Assembly: GCF_009914755.1 (NCBI RefSeq)
Contig: NC_060927.1
Direction: 5' to 3' (one strand)
Source of the DNA: the human T2T-CHM13v2.0 reference genome, Homo sapiens
Length of the DNA stretch: 64,000 nucleotides
The notes under the pieces are model-generated. The model was not told the origin of the DNA. It worked only from the letters and a program-made list of their open reading frames with translations, and made no database searches. Made by a program: the position numbers and the translations under genes. Positions 12,786 through 26,648 of the stretch are shown here, piece after piece. Each line of letters begins with the position of its first letter. Positions within the stretch are counted from its first letter, which is position 1.

Positions 12786-14294
12786 ATATTTTAGTGCAAT
12801 AATGTAATGGATGGCATATAGTCTTTCTTAGATAAAGTTGCTCTGGTGCCCAGCCAATCTTTCCCTCTGTTTGCCATTCTTCTAAAGATGGCATCTAGCA
12901 GTATAAGGACTTACATGTATTTTTTGTGAAATGGTTACTTCTTGTCCTCTTCTGGTCTTCATCAGTGGGTACTGGCTGTCATATGCTATCTCTTGGCCTT
13001 CCAGATTCACTTTGGTTTCCATTAGCTTCAGATATTGGAATTCTCTCCATGTCTTCCCTCTAGCCCACTGACCTAGTGGCGCTGCCTCAGTGTGCCATGG
13101 GCAGCCACACTGCAGCTCTATTTAGCCTGATTATGGATCTCTGAAAGTGAGAAGTGCTCATGAGAGCTAACCTCAAGCTTTAGAGGTGCAAGATGACTAC
13201 TTGCACATCTCTGACAGCAGGTGAACAGGGAACATAAAGTTTTTGCCATGGGCATTATAGCCTTCAGTAGTGGATAGAAATGTCTCATTTACACTCTGGG
13301 GGAGTGCCATGAACTGAGTTATTGACCTAATGAAGAGGGAGCCAAATATTTGAGGAGAATTTTTCTTGAGCAATTTCCTTAACATTCTTTCCGTAGCAAA
13401 TTCTAATGGCTATGCATTGAAGACTCTAGCAAATGTGGGATGTCAGTGAAACAGAAAAGAAAGGCAGATTTGAACATATGTATGTCATGTCCATTTGATT
13501 CAAATACTAAATTATTTGCAATGGGACTCCTGTGGGATCCCAAAACCTGATCCCTCCAGCCAACACACAGATCCTAGTTTCTTTTTCTGCTGTACTCATA
13601 TGACAGAAGAATCATTATCCCACTAACATTACAGCTATTGTTGAGCTAAAAATATATTTGGTCCACTCTTTTTGCAACTATCCGTCCTCCCTCTCATTCA
13701 CACTCCTTGAAGAAAGGCAAGGTGACTTTTTTTCTATTGTTGTCATATGTGCAGTAATGGACAGAGAGAAAGCAGAAATATTCTTTTTTCTGTGTAGATT
13801 TTAAGGAGACTCACTAAATACACATAAGCCAATGACAAAAATAAGGTTAACTTCTCTGGGAAGAATGAAGCACCTGTTACAAAGTGAACATAATACCCCA
13901 GGTCTGAGCTGCAGTCCACAGAAAACAGGCCTAGTAGTCAAATAATTTTGGAGAATTCTGAACGTTATGTTTCCCTTTTGAAACAGACAATACAGATTAG
14001 CACGTCATGGGGTCCTACAATTACAAACTGAATTTTGCACAACACACTGTTGCCCAGGGTTGCCCATCATTCTTAGACCACAAGATCATTGTTCTTTAAT
14101 TGATTTTGTGGGGGAACTTCTCACAAAACCATTCGAGAAATGTTGAACTCTGGAGCATGATTCAGATAATGGTGGTTTAGGTATGAAAATCCTTATATCT
14201 TTTTTTTTTCCATAAATGAAAAAGATTTTAATGCTTGGCAAATAATCATTTTCATATCTGGAAATTTTCTTGATGATTGATTACCTGGTATCAG

Positions 14295-14322
14295 GTGCAC
14301 GTGTGTGCGTGTGTGTGTGTGT
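14295..14322. repeat. Alternating purine-pyrimidine (TG)n tract
   Basis: GTGCACGTGTGTGCGTGTGTGTGTGTGT. Confidence 0.85.
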
Positions 14323-15384
14323 CTATATTTACTTCACAAATAATGCCAATTTTCCTGCTGAAGAAATGTTTATTCAAATGTTTTGTTTATTTCAGTGTTA
14401 TATCATTCCAAGCAATTCCACAGCCAGCAGTGGTAGATGCCATTTACGTTTCCTCTTTCAATAGTAAATGCTGCAGCCCTTCTGTCTTTCTTAGTCAGAC
14501 ATGCCTGGCTACTTTCACACAAAGAAAATAACAGTATCTTCCAGCTGCTTGCTAGACTACTGTTTTAGTCTCATTTAATTATATTCTACAGGTATTTTTA
14601 AAGATTAATAAGAGAGGTTAGTTCATATTTTTTTACAGCACAATTTTCTCAGTTTTGTTGTTGGTTACTAAAGCCAAATTGAAAAAAGCTCCTTAAGAAA
14701 CACAAAAATATCCATTTTTTAAAAGTGCAAATCATGTTGGAATTTATTCACAGTTTAAATGTTAGTAGCTTGGCATTATTTTTTTCTCTATCAAGTGTTA
14801 CTTACAATTCTGATTTTTTTTCCTGAGAGGTTGATATTTATGTATTTTACCAACTCTTGTCTTGGCCTCATGTCAGGCTGCTGCTTCTGTCTCAGAATTA
14901 TAAGAGAATATTGAGGCTGGGACTCTTCTGAGGCTTTACCAGATGTGTTGAGTTTAGCCTTTAGCAAAACTGTATTAGACCTTCATCAGCATATGTCTCC
15001 TTGTCATAGGGAGCCGATGAGAGGTTGCAGAGCAGCTTGAATTCCAGCCATTTTCACTAAAAGCAGCAAATAATGGGATTAAATATTTAATTAGACAGGG
15101 AAGATTCCAGATTGGAAGAGATTCAATCACAACTTTTACAGAGCAAGTATTCAATTTGCATTTCCCAGGGAAAAAACACTGTTAAGTGATCCCTCTGTAA
15201 ATTATGCAGAAAAACTATTTCATTCCCCAGAATGTTTTCCAAGGATCAAATATATAAGTGTATATGCTGGAGATAACACTCTTACCTTCAGATAAGATTA
15301 TAAATGAGTTTTACAGGATTTCCTCTTTCTCAAATGTGGATGAATAAAGTTTGTATGGATGGAGTCACTGAGTAAATCATTGGA

Positions 15385-15535
15385 AGGCAGTGTATTGCAA
15401 AAGTGAAACTGTTTTGAAAGATGGAAAACCTTGGTTCTTGCACCAGCTGTGGCTCTCGTTAGTTGTGCCACCTTGGAGAAGCCACGGCTGTCTGGGCCTT
15501 AGTTTCCTCATCTTTAAATTGAATGACTTGTCTGC
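15385..15535 (+). mobile_element. MIR SINE
   Basis: MIR core CTGGGCCTTAGTTTCCTCATCTTTAAA. Confidence 0.65.
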
Positions 15536-17034
15536 ATAAATTTAATCGACATCAAGATTCTTAAGACCTCACTCATATTTCTGCTGACTTCACATTCTCT
15601 CATTGTCCTCTGTGGGTGGCCCTATAGCAATATCTGTGGGAACTTGGATATACAGGTTCATGACTTACTGTACCTGCTGATTTAAAGCAAAACCCAAAGA
15701 AGGAAGAAAAGATAAACACCAAACTCAGAAACTTTATCTAATTGTTTTATAGTTAATAATGTAAAATATTTCATCATTTGTGATACAACTTTATCTTAAC
15801 TCCTGGATAGACCCTTTCCCAAAGGCAAAGTGTAACTCCATTTCTAATTACTTATTAGTTGTTGATCATGAGATGTTTTTACCATTATATTGTCAATGCC
15901 TTAAGACTAGCCTCCATAGGCAGAGCCACTGGCAATGTAGACTATGCCCAATTTTACCTCCTTCCTGGATCGATCTTCATTCAGCTGGTTAAGAGGCCCA
16001 CTGTTCTTGGCTTGCTTTTCTGCTGCTGTCAAATAATAGAACACACCCAGTTTCTACTCTATTTTGTCTCTTTCTAGAAGTCTGCTCACCTTTATATAGT
16101 TCTTCCTTAGTTTACTGACATAATTCATTTTATTTCTAGTAACTGACTGCAACATTTTTCCTTCCCTTTAACAATGGGTTCTTCTGAATTTTCCCTTTTC
16201 AAATGCTTCTAACTTAACATTTTCCTGGGCTTTTGAATATAGTTGTTCCTCAGAAGTATTTAATGGATGAATGTGAGATGAACATCATTGGTGATTTGAA
16301 AGGCTTCAGGATAATGAATGTAAAAGTGTTTTTTAAAAGTAAACATAATGTCGTATGGAAGCCAGGATGTCTTGAGAAAGACATAAAATACAGGATGTCT
16401 AGAAACTCTGGAAACACAGGTGGCTATATAATGTCATCAAGGACCTTTTCAATCTGTATAAGAATAATAGAGTATTGTATGTTACCAAGTTTAATGGAAA
16501 CCCTGTATGGGAGATTCTGTGTTTTAAAATGTTGACTAACTTCTTAATAGAACATTTGTCTTAAGTTTATCAATAGGTTCCAGCTGTTTATAGGAGAAAT
16601 ACAATGGTGACAAATTATGTGGAAATGTATTTCTTTTATAAGGTCAACCTGGAGATGGCCATTCTGGGGCTGGGATGTTATTTCCACAGTGTTTTCAGTG
16701 ACAAATTTCTATCCTCCTGCTCTACCATTTTTATACATAGCTTCAATGTTCCATATTACTTCATAATAAATAAAACGACTGTTGAAAGAAGGAATAAAGG
16801 CAAAAAGCAAGAAGAGAGCACCCATCAGCTGAATCTGCCAGGCTAAGAGTCCCACACAGCACGTGAATTTGCATTTGATTTAACAGGTCTAGAGAGAGGC
16901 AAGGGAAACTTGGAAATACAGAGTGTTATTTCTGTTGCCATCTAAAAATGGGCTTCTTTTTCCAAGGAAGAAGGGGACAATGGAGGCAATAGAAATATCT
17001 TTAGAGATACAACAAGAAATCTCTACCTATACAT

Positions 17035-17125
17035 GAAATCCCACATTTTATAATTGAGGAAACTGAATCCTGGTGATATAAAGTGATTTACCAAAGATTA
17101 CAAGGGAATTAGTGATACAAAAGTT
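17035..17125 (-). mobile_element. MIR SINE fragment
   Basis: ATTTTATAATTGAGGAAACTGA...AAGTGATTTACCAAAGATTACA. Confidence 0.6.
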
Positions 17126-17261
17126 GAAATAAGTTATACAATACAATAAGCACAATAAGATGATACTTCTCCAGGTGGTATCATCTGAGGAAGACCAACT
17201 GACCACTTAGATCCCTCCTAAAATAAAGCATTTGCTTTGATCAATCTTTGTTAGCTTATGA

Positions 17262-17417
17262 TGCCTGGACAAGCATCCTGAGAAACTTGCTAGAAATGCA
17301 GACTCTTAGGCCTCACCCCAGACTTGCTGAATCAGAAATTCTGGTAATGGGGCGCAGCAATCTGTGTTTCAAGTAGCCAATCAGATGATTCTCAAGCATT
17401 AATATTTGAGAACTGCA
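17262..17417. mobile_element. MER5A-like hAT-Charlie MITE
   Basis: ACTTGCTAGAAATGCAGACTCTTAGGCCTCACCCAGAC...TGAATCAGAAATTCTGG...CAGCAATCTGTGTTT...TTTGAGAAC. Confidence 0.8.
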
Positions 17418-17812
17418 CCTTTGATGATTTTATTGTGGCCCGTAGTCTTCAATTTAGCTCCTCAGTCTTGTTTTAATTCATTCAGCAGAATTAATTCAGA
17501 GGCGCTGACACATGCTCACAAAAGGCACAAAATACCAACAAAAATAAAGTCATTTCACTGATTTACAATAAAAAGTGGAACTGTCAGGCAGATCAGAAAT
17601 ACATGTCATTCTAACCAACACATTTTTCCCCCCTGAGGGCAATTTTATGGGAAACCAAATTATCGGAATGAAACTTGGAGAGCATTTTCTAGTTCCAAGT
17701 TTCAGGATTATAAATCTACATGTTTTATACTGTGGAGATCACTAAAGTCTTAGTAAATTTACAATTATATAAGCTAAGGAAATTGGAGGGACAATGTCTG
17801 TATAATCTAGAC

Positions 17813-18106
17813 CGGTATTGTCCAAAACAAATATAATGTAAACCACATAATTTTAAATTTTCTAATAGCCATGTTAAAAAAGGAAATAGGTGAGATACAT
17901 TTTAATATATTTTATTTAACTCAATACATATAAAATATTTCAGCAATAATCAATAAAATTATTAATGAGATATTTTACATTTTATTTTTTAACGCTTTGA
18001 AATGTGGTGTGTATTTTGCATTTATAACACATTTTAGTGAAGACCAGCTGCATGTTAAATGCTCAATAGCCATATGTGGTCAATAGCTACCATAGTGCAT
18101 ATTTTG
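17813..18106. mobile_element. MER33-like hAT-Charlie element
   Basis: AATTTTAAATTTTCTAATAGCCA...ATTATTAATGAGATATTTTACATT...TGCTCAATAGCCATATGTGG. Confidence 0.8.
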
Positions 18107-18212
18107 GCCTGGATGACCTTTATACTCTCTCCTATTTTTATTATGAAATCAATTTGGTAAGTCATATTAACGGTATTAGTTTTTATTAAAGAGAATAAAG
18201 TAAATAAGAATG

Positions 18213-19102
18213 TGAGATGGTGTAGGCCCCCTGTAGGGGCCTGCTAGACTCCACACCCCTAGTATGGAGAAAAAGGAAAAATTTTGAGTCCCTTGAAGGA
18301 AATTTCACGCATATAGCTAGCCCTACAGCCAGCAATTACAGAAGTGAATGAATAACCTACTAAGTAAGAAGATAAAGAATAGCCACTCCAGTAAGCCAGA
18401 GCCACAAGATGTTTGTTTTGCTATAGAAACTAAAGATAACACCTTGACATATATCCTCGAGTTGTTTCTGAGAAACGAGGACCCCTACCTGATGGAAAAT
18501 GTCAACTGTTGTCACATAGACCTCAGGCAGACTGGAACCAAAAAATGGATAAGGAAGTTCCAGAAATTTCCTAGCTCCTAACTCACTTTTTAAAAAATTA
18601 TTTTATTATTATTATACTTTAAGTTCTAGGGTACATGTGCACAACGTGCAGGTTTGTTACATATGTATACATATGCCATGTTGGTGTGCTGCACCCATTA
18701 ACTCGTCATTTACATTAGGTATATCTCCTAATGCTATCCCGCCCTGCTCCCCCGACCCCACGACAGGCCCCGGTGTGTGATGTTCCCCTTCCTGTGTCCA
18801 AGTGTTCTCACTGTTCAATTCCCACCTATGAGTGAGAACATGCGGTGTTTGGTTTTTTGTCCTTGAGATAGTTTGCTGAGAATGATGGCTCCTAACTCAC
18901 TTTGAAACCCCCTTCCCCTTTGCCTTTAAAACACCCTCGTTTGTAAGCCACCAGGGAGTTTGCATCTTAAACATTAGCTGCCAGGTTGCCTTGCTTGGCT
19001 CCCTACAATAGATGCTTCACTTTCTCTTGCCGCAAATCTCCATGTCAGTGTTGAGCTTCTTCTTTGCACTGGGTGAGCAGATGCAAGTTTGGTTCAGTAA
19101 CA
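18213..19102 (+). mobile_element. ERV1 solo LTR (MER39-like), interrupted by L1
   Basis: TG...CA termini (TGAGATGG...TTCAGTAACA); flanks AATG/AATA; shares ATAGAAACTAAAGATAA and other blocks with the LTR at 34898-35698. Confidence 0.8.
18590..18887 (-). mobile_element. 5-prime-truncated primate L1 (about L1PA3-5) 3-prime UTR
   Basis: TTATACTTTAAGTTCTAGGGTACATGTGCACAACGTGCAGG; perfect 16-bp TSD GCTCCTAACTCACTTT (18574-18589 / 18888-18903). Confidence 0.95.
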
Positions 19103-19245
19103 AATAGTATAATATAGAATGGAAAATATAGAAATGCATTTGTTTAGGAATCCATGTGTATAGATGTGTGTTCTAGGTCATAATGTAAAATGTAGTTTTG
19201 ATTGTTTGTTTTTTTTTAAATCATAAATCTCATTTAAAATTTGAG

Positions 19246-19990
<745 letters not shown>

Positions 19991-20089
19991 TTTACTTTAA
20001 GCATTTGTATTAAGTTATACACTAATATAGTTAAGGAATTTTATAAGGATGGTTATATATATAATTGTGTATAATCTTAAGAAAATTGA

Positions 20090-21300
20090 CCACTTCTTCC
20101 ATCTCCTTAAGTAACCACTTCTAAGTCTTTTGTCTGTTTATTTTGATATTAGATAGTTGATATTAAATAATATTTATTAGATATTTTTATATATAGTTAC
20201 TTAAATATGTTTGAATTAACCTTACAACAATGATAATTTAGCTCTCCTCCTCCCCACCTCCCATCCCAAGTCAGACTCACATCCTTCATATGCTTTTATC
20301 TTCCCAATATCATAATTTTAAACAGATCAATATTCAGTGCTTGCATTTTGTATTACTGTGTGAGCATTATTTAATGCTGAGTCATGTAATGCTATGAATA
20401 CGTTTTTTTCCCTGTATGCTTTCTTTTGTCGCACAAAGTTAAATATTGGCTTGTTTCTTTTCACTGATTTTAAATTTAGATACTTATCATTAGTTCAGCC
20501 TAAGCTCTCCAAAAGTTGTCTAGATAGCAAGACTTTTAGATGCGTCACCGATTTGCTCTAATTCATCTTCTAAGAAATCTTAGCTAAAATATTTTTGACC
20601 TACTCTGATATCAACTGGCTTGTCCCCCATGTCTGGTCAATAGCTTTCATCATGGGAAATTTCTTTTGCTTTTCTCCTCTGTTGTAACTTCCTTTTCCTG
20701 CTTCCTTCTACTTTCTGATGTATTCCTTAAGTTTCATTGAGCAGAGTGCCTTTTAAAGAAATGATAAATGGAAGAAAACATTTAGAGAACTTGCAGGATT
20801 AAAAATACAATTTTTAAATGTTACACTTCATTGATAATTTGGTTGGATATAGAATTTGTTGAGTATAGAATACTTTTTCTTTTGGAAAATTATTTCCCTT
20901 CAGTAATTGGAAGGCGTTACTTCATTGTCTCCAAGCTCCCATTGTTATTGTTGAGAATTCCAAGGCCATTTTTAGCTCCTGATTGTTTGTTTGTAATTTT
21001 TGTTTTGTTTTGTTTTTAATTTCCTCCCCTTTGGTTTTCAATTTTCTCTATTTTAGAATGCTTATTTAATTGGATATTACCTATTGCACTAATTTCCAGT
21101 TTTCTCATTGTTTCTCTTCTGTTTTCCATCTCTCTACCTTTTGCTTTATTTTCTTGGAGAGTTTTTATTTTCCAGTGTTTCCAGTTTCCACTTCTTTTAT
21201 CACATTGTAGTAGTCAACAGATTTTAATACTCTAGATTTTTTTTAATGGTTGAAATACCTTTCAACACACACACATACCTGTGGTTTTTACTGCAGTTGT
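20090..21300 (-). mobile_element. HAL1/L1ME-like ancient LINE fragment
   Basis: TTGGTTGGATATAGAATT...TTTCCCTTCAG...TTGGAAGGCGTTACTTCATTGTCT...TGTTGAGAA, typical antisense ORF1-region relic. Confidence 0.45.
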
Positions 21301-21318
21301 TTTCATTAATGTAAGTAA

Positions 21319-21572
21319 TTTTTTTTCTTTTCAGACACGGTCTTGCTCTGTTGCCCAGGCTGGAGTGCAGTGGTGAGATCATAGCTCACTACAGCCTTGA
21401 GCTCCTGGGTTCAAGTGATCCTCTCACCTCAGCCTTTTCTGTAGCAGGGACTATTCATGCATGCCATCAATGCTGCCTTGTTTTGTTTTGTTTTGTTTTA
21501 TAAAGATGGAGTCTCATTTTGTTGCCCAGGCTGGTCTTGAACTCCTGGCCTCAAGAAGTTCTCCTGCCTTGG
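21319..21572 (-). mobile_element. AluJ-like SINE lacking its 5-prime end
   Basis: J-type GATCATAGCTCACTACAGCCTTGAGCTCCTGGG and GAACTCCTGGCCTCAAG; stops at CCTGCCTTGG. Confidence 0.88.
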
Positions 21573-21817
21573 AGTGCAAGGGTGCAATCCCAGTTCACTG
21601 CAATCTCCGCCTCCTGGCTTCAAACCATTCTGCCTCAGCTTCCTGAGTAGCTGGGATTACAGGCGTGCGCCACCACGCCCAACTAGTTTTTGTTTTTTCA
21701 GTACAGACTGGGTTTCACCATGTTGGTCAGGCTGGTCTTGAACTCCTGACCTTGTGATCCGCCCTCCTTGGACTCCCGAAGTGTTGGGATTACAGGCATG
21801 AGCCACCGCGCCTGGCC
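21570..21817 (-). mobile_element. AluS-like SINE lacking tail and 3-prime end, fused to the AluJ
   Basis: Begins TGGAGTGCAAGG with no poly-T; ends GAGCCACCGCGCCTGGCC. Confidence 0.88.
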
Positions 21818-21824
21818 GACCTTT

Positions 21825-22320
21825 TTTAATTTTAATGACCTTGACACATTTGGAGATTTACCTGACTTTAGATTTGCCTAACGTTTTTCCTGTGACTAGA
21901 TGGTGCATATAAGTTGTTGGTAAGGAAGACCATGGAGGTAAAACATTATTTTTGTATGTCTGATTTAAGAGTACATGCATTGGTATGTATTGACAATGTT
22001 AAACTTGATCATAGCATAGATAGTGTTTGTCACATTGGTTTCACTATATTCTCCCTTCATTCCCCTTTTGATCTGTTGTCATCAAAGTATAAAATAAAGT
22101 CCATATTCTTGGGTATATTCCAGTACTGTTTTATTTATTGTGTTGCTCAAATTGTTTCAAATTTGGCAATCGGACATTGTTTCAGTTAGTTCCTATGTCT
22201 TTTTTCTATGTGTTTTAAGCATGTCCTCACTTTGAACACTGGCACTACAAGATGTTCTAGGCTCATCTTTTATATTTTCATTCCCCAACTTAGAATCAGT
22301 CTTTTCTTCAAGGAGCTGTA
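21825..22320 (-). mobile_element. L1MC-like fragment
   Basis: TGTTGCTCAAATTGTTTCAAATTTGGC...CTGGCACTACAAGATGTTCTAGGCTCATCTT...TTCTTCAAGGAGC. Confidence 0.6.
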
Positions 22321-22324
22321 GGGC

Positions 22325-22483
22325 TTTTTTCCTTTTTTTCTTTCTTTCTTTTCATTCCTTCTTTTCTTTCTTCCTTCCCTTTTCTCTCTCTCTTTCTTTC
22401 TTGCCTTCCCTCCCTCCTTCCTTCCCCTTCCTTCCTTCCTTCCCTCTTTCTCCCCTTCCCCTTCACCTTCCCTTCCTTCTTTC
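22325..22483. repeat. CT-rich polypyrimidine low-complexity tract
   Basis: About 160 bp almost entirely C/T (TTTC, TTCC, TC units). Confidence 0.9.
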
Positions 22484-22522
22484 ATATATATGGCAGGGAA
22501 AAATACAAATATGGCAGGGAAG

Positions 22523-22525
<3 letters not shown>

Positions 22526-22571
<46 letters not shown>
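22526..22571. repeat. (AT)23 microsatellite
   Basis: Uninterrupted AT dinucleotide run. Confidence 0.95.
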
Positions 22572-22574
<3 letters not shown>

Positions 22575-23383
22575 TATAGCAGGAAAAATATATATTTTCC
22601 CTTTTTTTTGTAAATTGTTTGCAAAATTTCTTCCATTATTACTCTGGTTCTAATACTTCTAAAACACATAATTAAACATTTACTTTTCTGTCAACATCTA
22701 GAATTTTCAATATCTATACCATAGTCCAAATGCAAATTTTAATGAGCTTTTGGTTTTCTCTTCTTTTCTTCACCCATCACAATTATAAAAATGGACTTAC
22801 CTGAAGTTAATTTGAGAAAGTTATTTACACATATTTAATGGCTATATAATAAAAATTTAACTTCTTTGTTTACCTTGCCTCTCTTTTCATCCTTTTGGAT
22901 TAATTCTTGCTGGGGTTCCTCTGGTACTTTGCTTTCACTCTTGAAAGTTATATTATCTGTACATAGAATTTCATTTTAATGTCACTTACATCATTGATAC
23001 ACTCATTTTAATGTATTCCTTTATGCATTAAGAGTTGTGAGCAATAATTTAGGCCTCAGTCAGTTTCTTATTCTTTTGTAGTTAATCTACATCATCTGCC
23101 ACACATATTATTCACGGGTCTTTTAGGGTTAATTTTTTTTCTTTGATGCTTTACCTTTTTACTGATATATATTTAGGTGTGGATTTGGAAAACACATTAT
23201 ATAGCTATACATTAAATATGATTAATTTACAGGCTTTTATCTTTTTATTGTTTATGACTATATATATTCATTTATTTAGATACGTTTATGTAGTAGAGTT
23301 GTCTCTTCTTTCTCCATTTTGTTCTTTTGAATCTTATATTAACAAACCTCTGTATTAAGGATAAACTTTAAAAAAATTTTAGA

Positions 23384-23810
23384 AAGATATGGAACCAACC
23401 TAAGTGCCCATCAACCAACGAATGGATAAAGAAAATATGGCATATATACACTATGGAATACTACTCAGCCATAAAAAGGAATGAAATAATGTCTTTTGCA
23501 GCAACTTGGATGGATCTGGAGGCCTTTATTCTAAATGAAGTAACTCAAGAGTGAAAAACTAAATACCATATGTTCTCACTAATAAGTGGGAGCTAAACTG
23601 TGAGGACACAAAGACATACAGACTGATATAATGAACTTGGGGACTGGTTGAGGGGGCAGTTTTTAGGGGGTGAGTGATAAAAACCTATAGGTACAGTGTA
23701 CACTGCTTGGGTGATGGGTGCACTAAAATATCTGAATTCATCTCAAAAGAACTCATCAAAATAAGTTTTGGGGTAACCTGTACACCAAAAACTACTGACA
23801 TAAAAATACA
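23384..23810 (+). mobile_element. L1PB-like 3-prime end, 5-prime truncated
   Basis: GGAACCAACCTAAGTGCCCATCAACCAACGAATGGATAAAG...GGTACAGTGTACACTGCTTGGGTGATGGGTGCACTAAAAT; probable TSD AAAAATTTT(T)AGA. Confidence 0.85.
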
Positions 23811-23814
23811 AAAA

Positions 23815-25560
<1,746 letters not shown>

Positions 25561-26648
25561 GGCACATGCTTTTCAGTTGATGATTGTGATGAAAGCAATT
25601 TCTTTTAGAATATTTCTGAAAATATGAATTGTATTGATTCTAAAGTTCTACCTGTTTTCTCTACTTACTCTGTTTTCAGGACAGGCACTTAGGAACACTT
25701 GCTCTAGTGCACATGAGAGAGATCTTTTTTGGAGGTGAGATGCAACCAGTGGTTTCCATTTGGGAGCACCCCACCCTCTTTCTCATCCTCTTTATCAGTC
25801 TAGCTTTTCTGAGAGGCAAAAACGCTGCCATACTCCATTTTCTCTGAAATTGGCGTTTCCTCAGAGTGTGATGCTTTCGGATTCAGATTTGTTCCTGGGA
25901 GAGAAGAGGTCTTTGAACTTCGGCTCAGGTGGAAATCCTTGTTTCTCTGGGCTTCTGCTGTCATTGGAGAACAGACGGTCATTGTTGTACTTGAAGGAGG
26001 ATGTTCAGGGCTTATATCACCTTACCTCTCCTGTCCCACTAAAAGAGGAAGGAGGTTTGTTTCCTTTCAGGTATGCCCAGGACTGAAGAGTCTTCCTAGG
26101 ATGTGGGAATTTCAGTTTCCAAACCAGGAAAACAGTCAAACTAGGACCAATTGCTCACCCTACCCAGGTGTGGTACCAGGTACTGTAGAGACAGCATAAC
26201 CTGCCTGGTCACCTCCCCTTATTTGAATGTTTATTATAACTAAATAATACATAATTTATATAATATATTTATTATTAGTTAACTATAGCCTTCCTTTTAT
26301 TATTAATATAATTCTGTATTAATCCGTATGCATAGAGCAGGGAAAACAAATAGAAATAGTGGCAAAAGTATTTATGTACTTAATATTAAACATGACTTTC
26401 ATAATTTAGCATTTCATTCCTGATAGGGTTAAGGATCACTGACAATCCAAGGTGCTTCTGAAAGAGCCAAGTTAGATGAAGAAACTGGAATTATGTGTCT
26501 TGAGCCGAATGCACCTTAATAGCTACACAGCCGTGAAATCTGGAAAGGCAGAGCTGCCGTATTTCTTGGGACTTATAAACCAACAAACGTCCTTCCTGTG
26601 TGTTGCCTCTTTCTCCCCTTTCCTTCTGTAGCCACTCTTCTATTCTTT

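Noticed and set aside
13064-13086. CTCF-like CCACTAGGT on the minus strand
   Set aside because: The essential GGC of the core is absent.
22270-22669. ORFs with IYIYIY and EGRKE repeats
   Set aside because: Artefacts of the (AT)n and CT-rich tracts.
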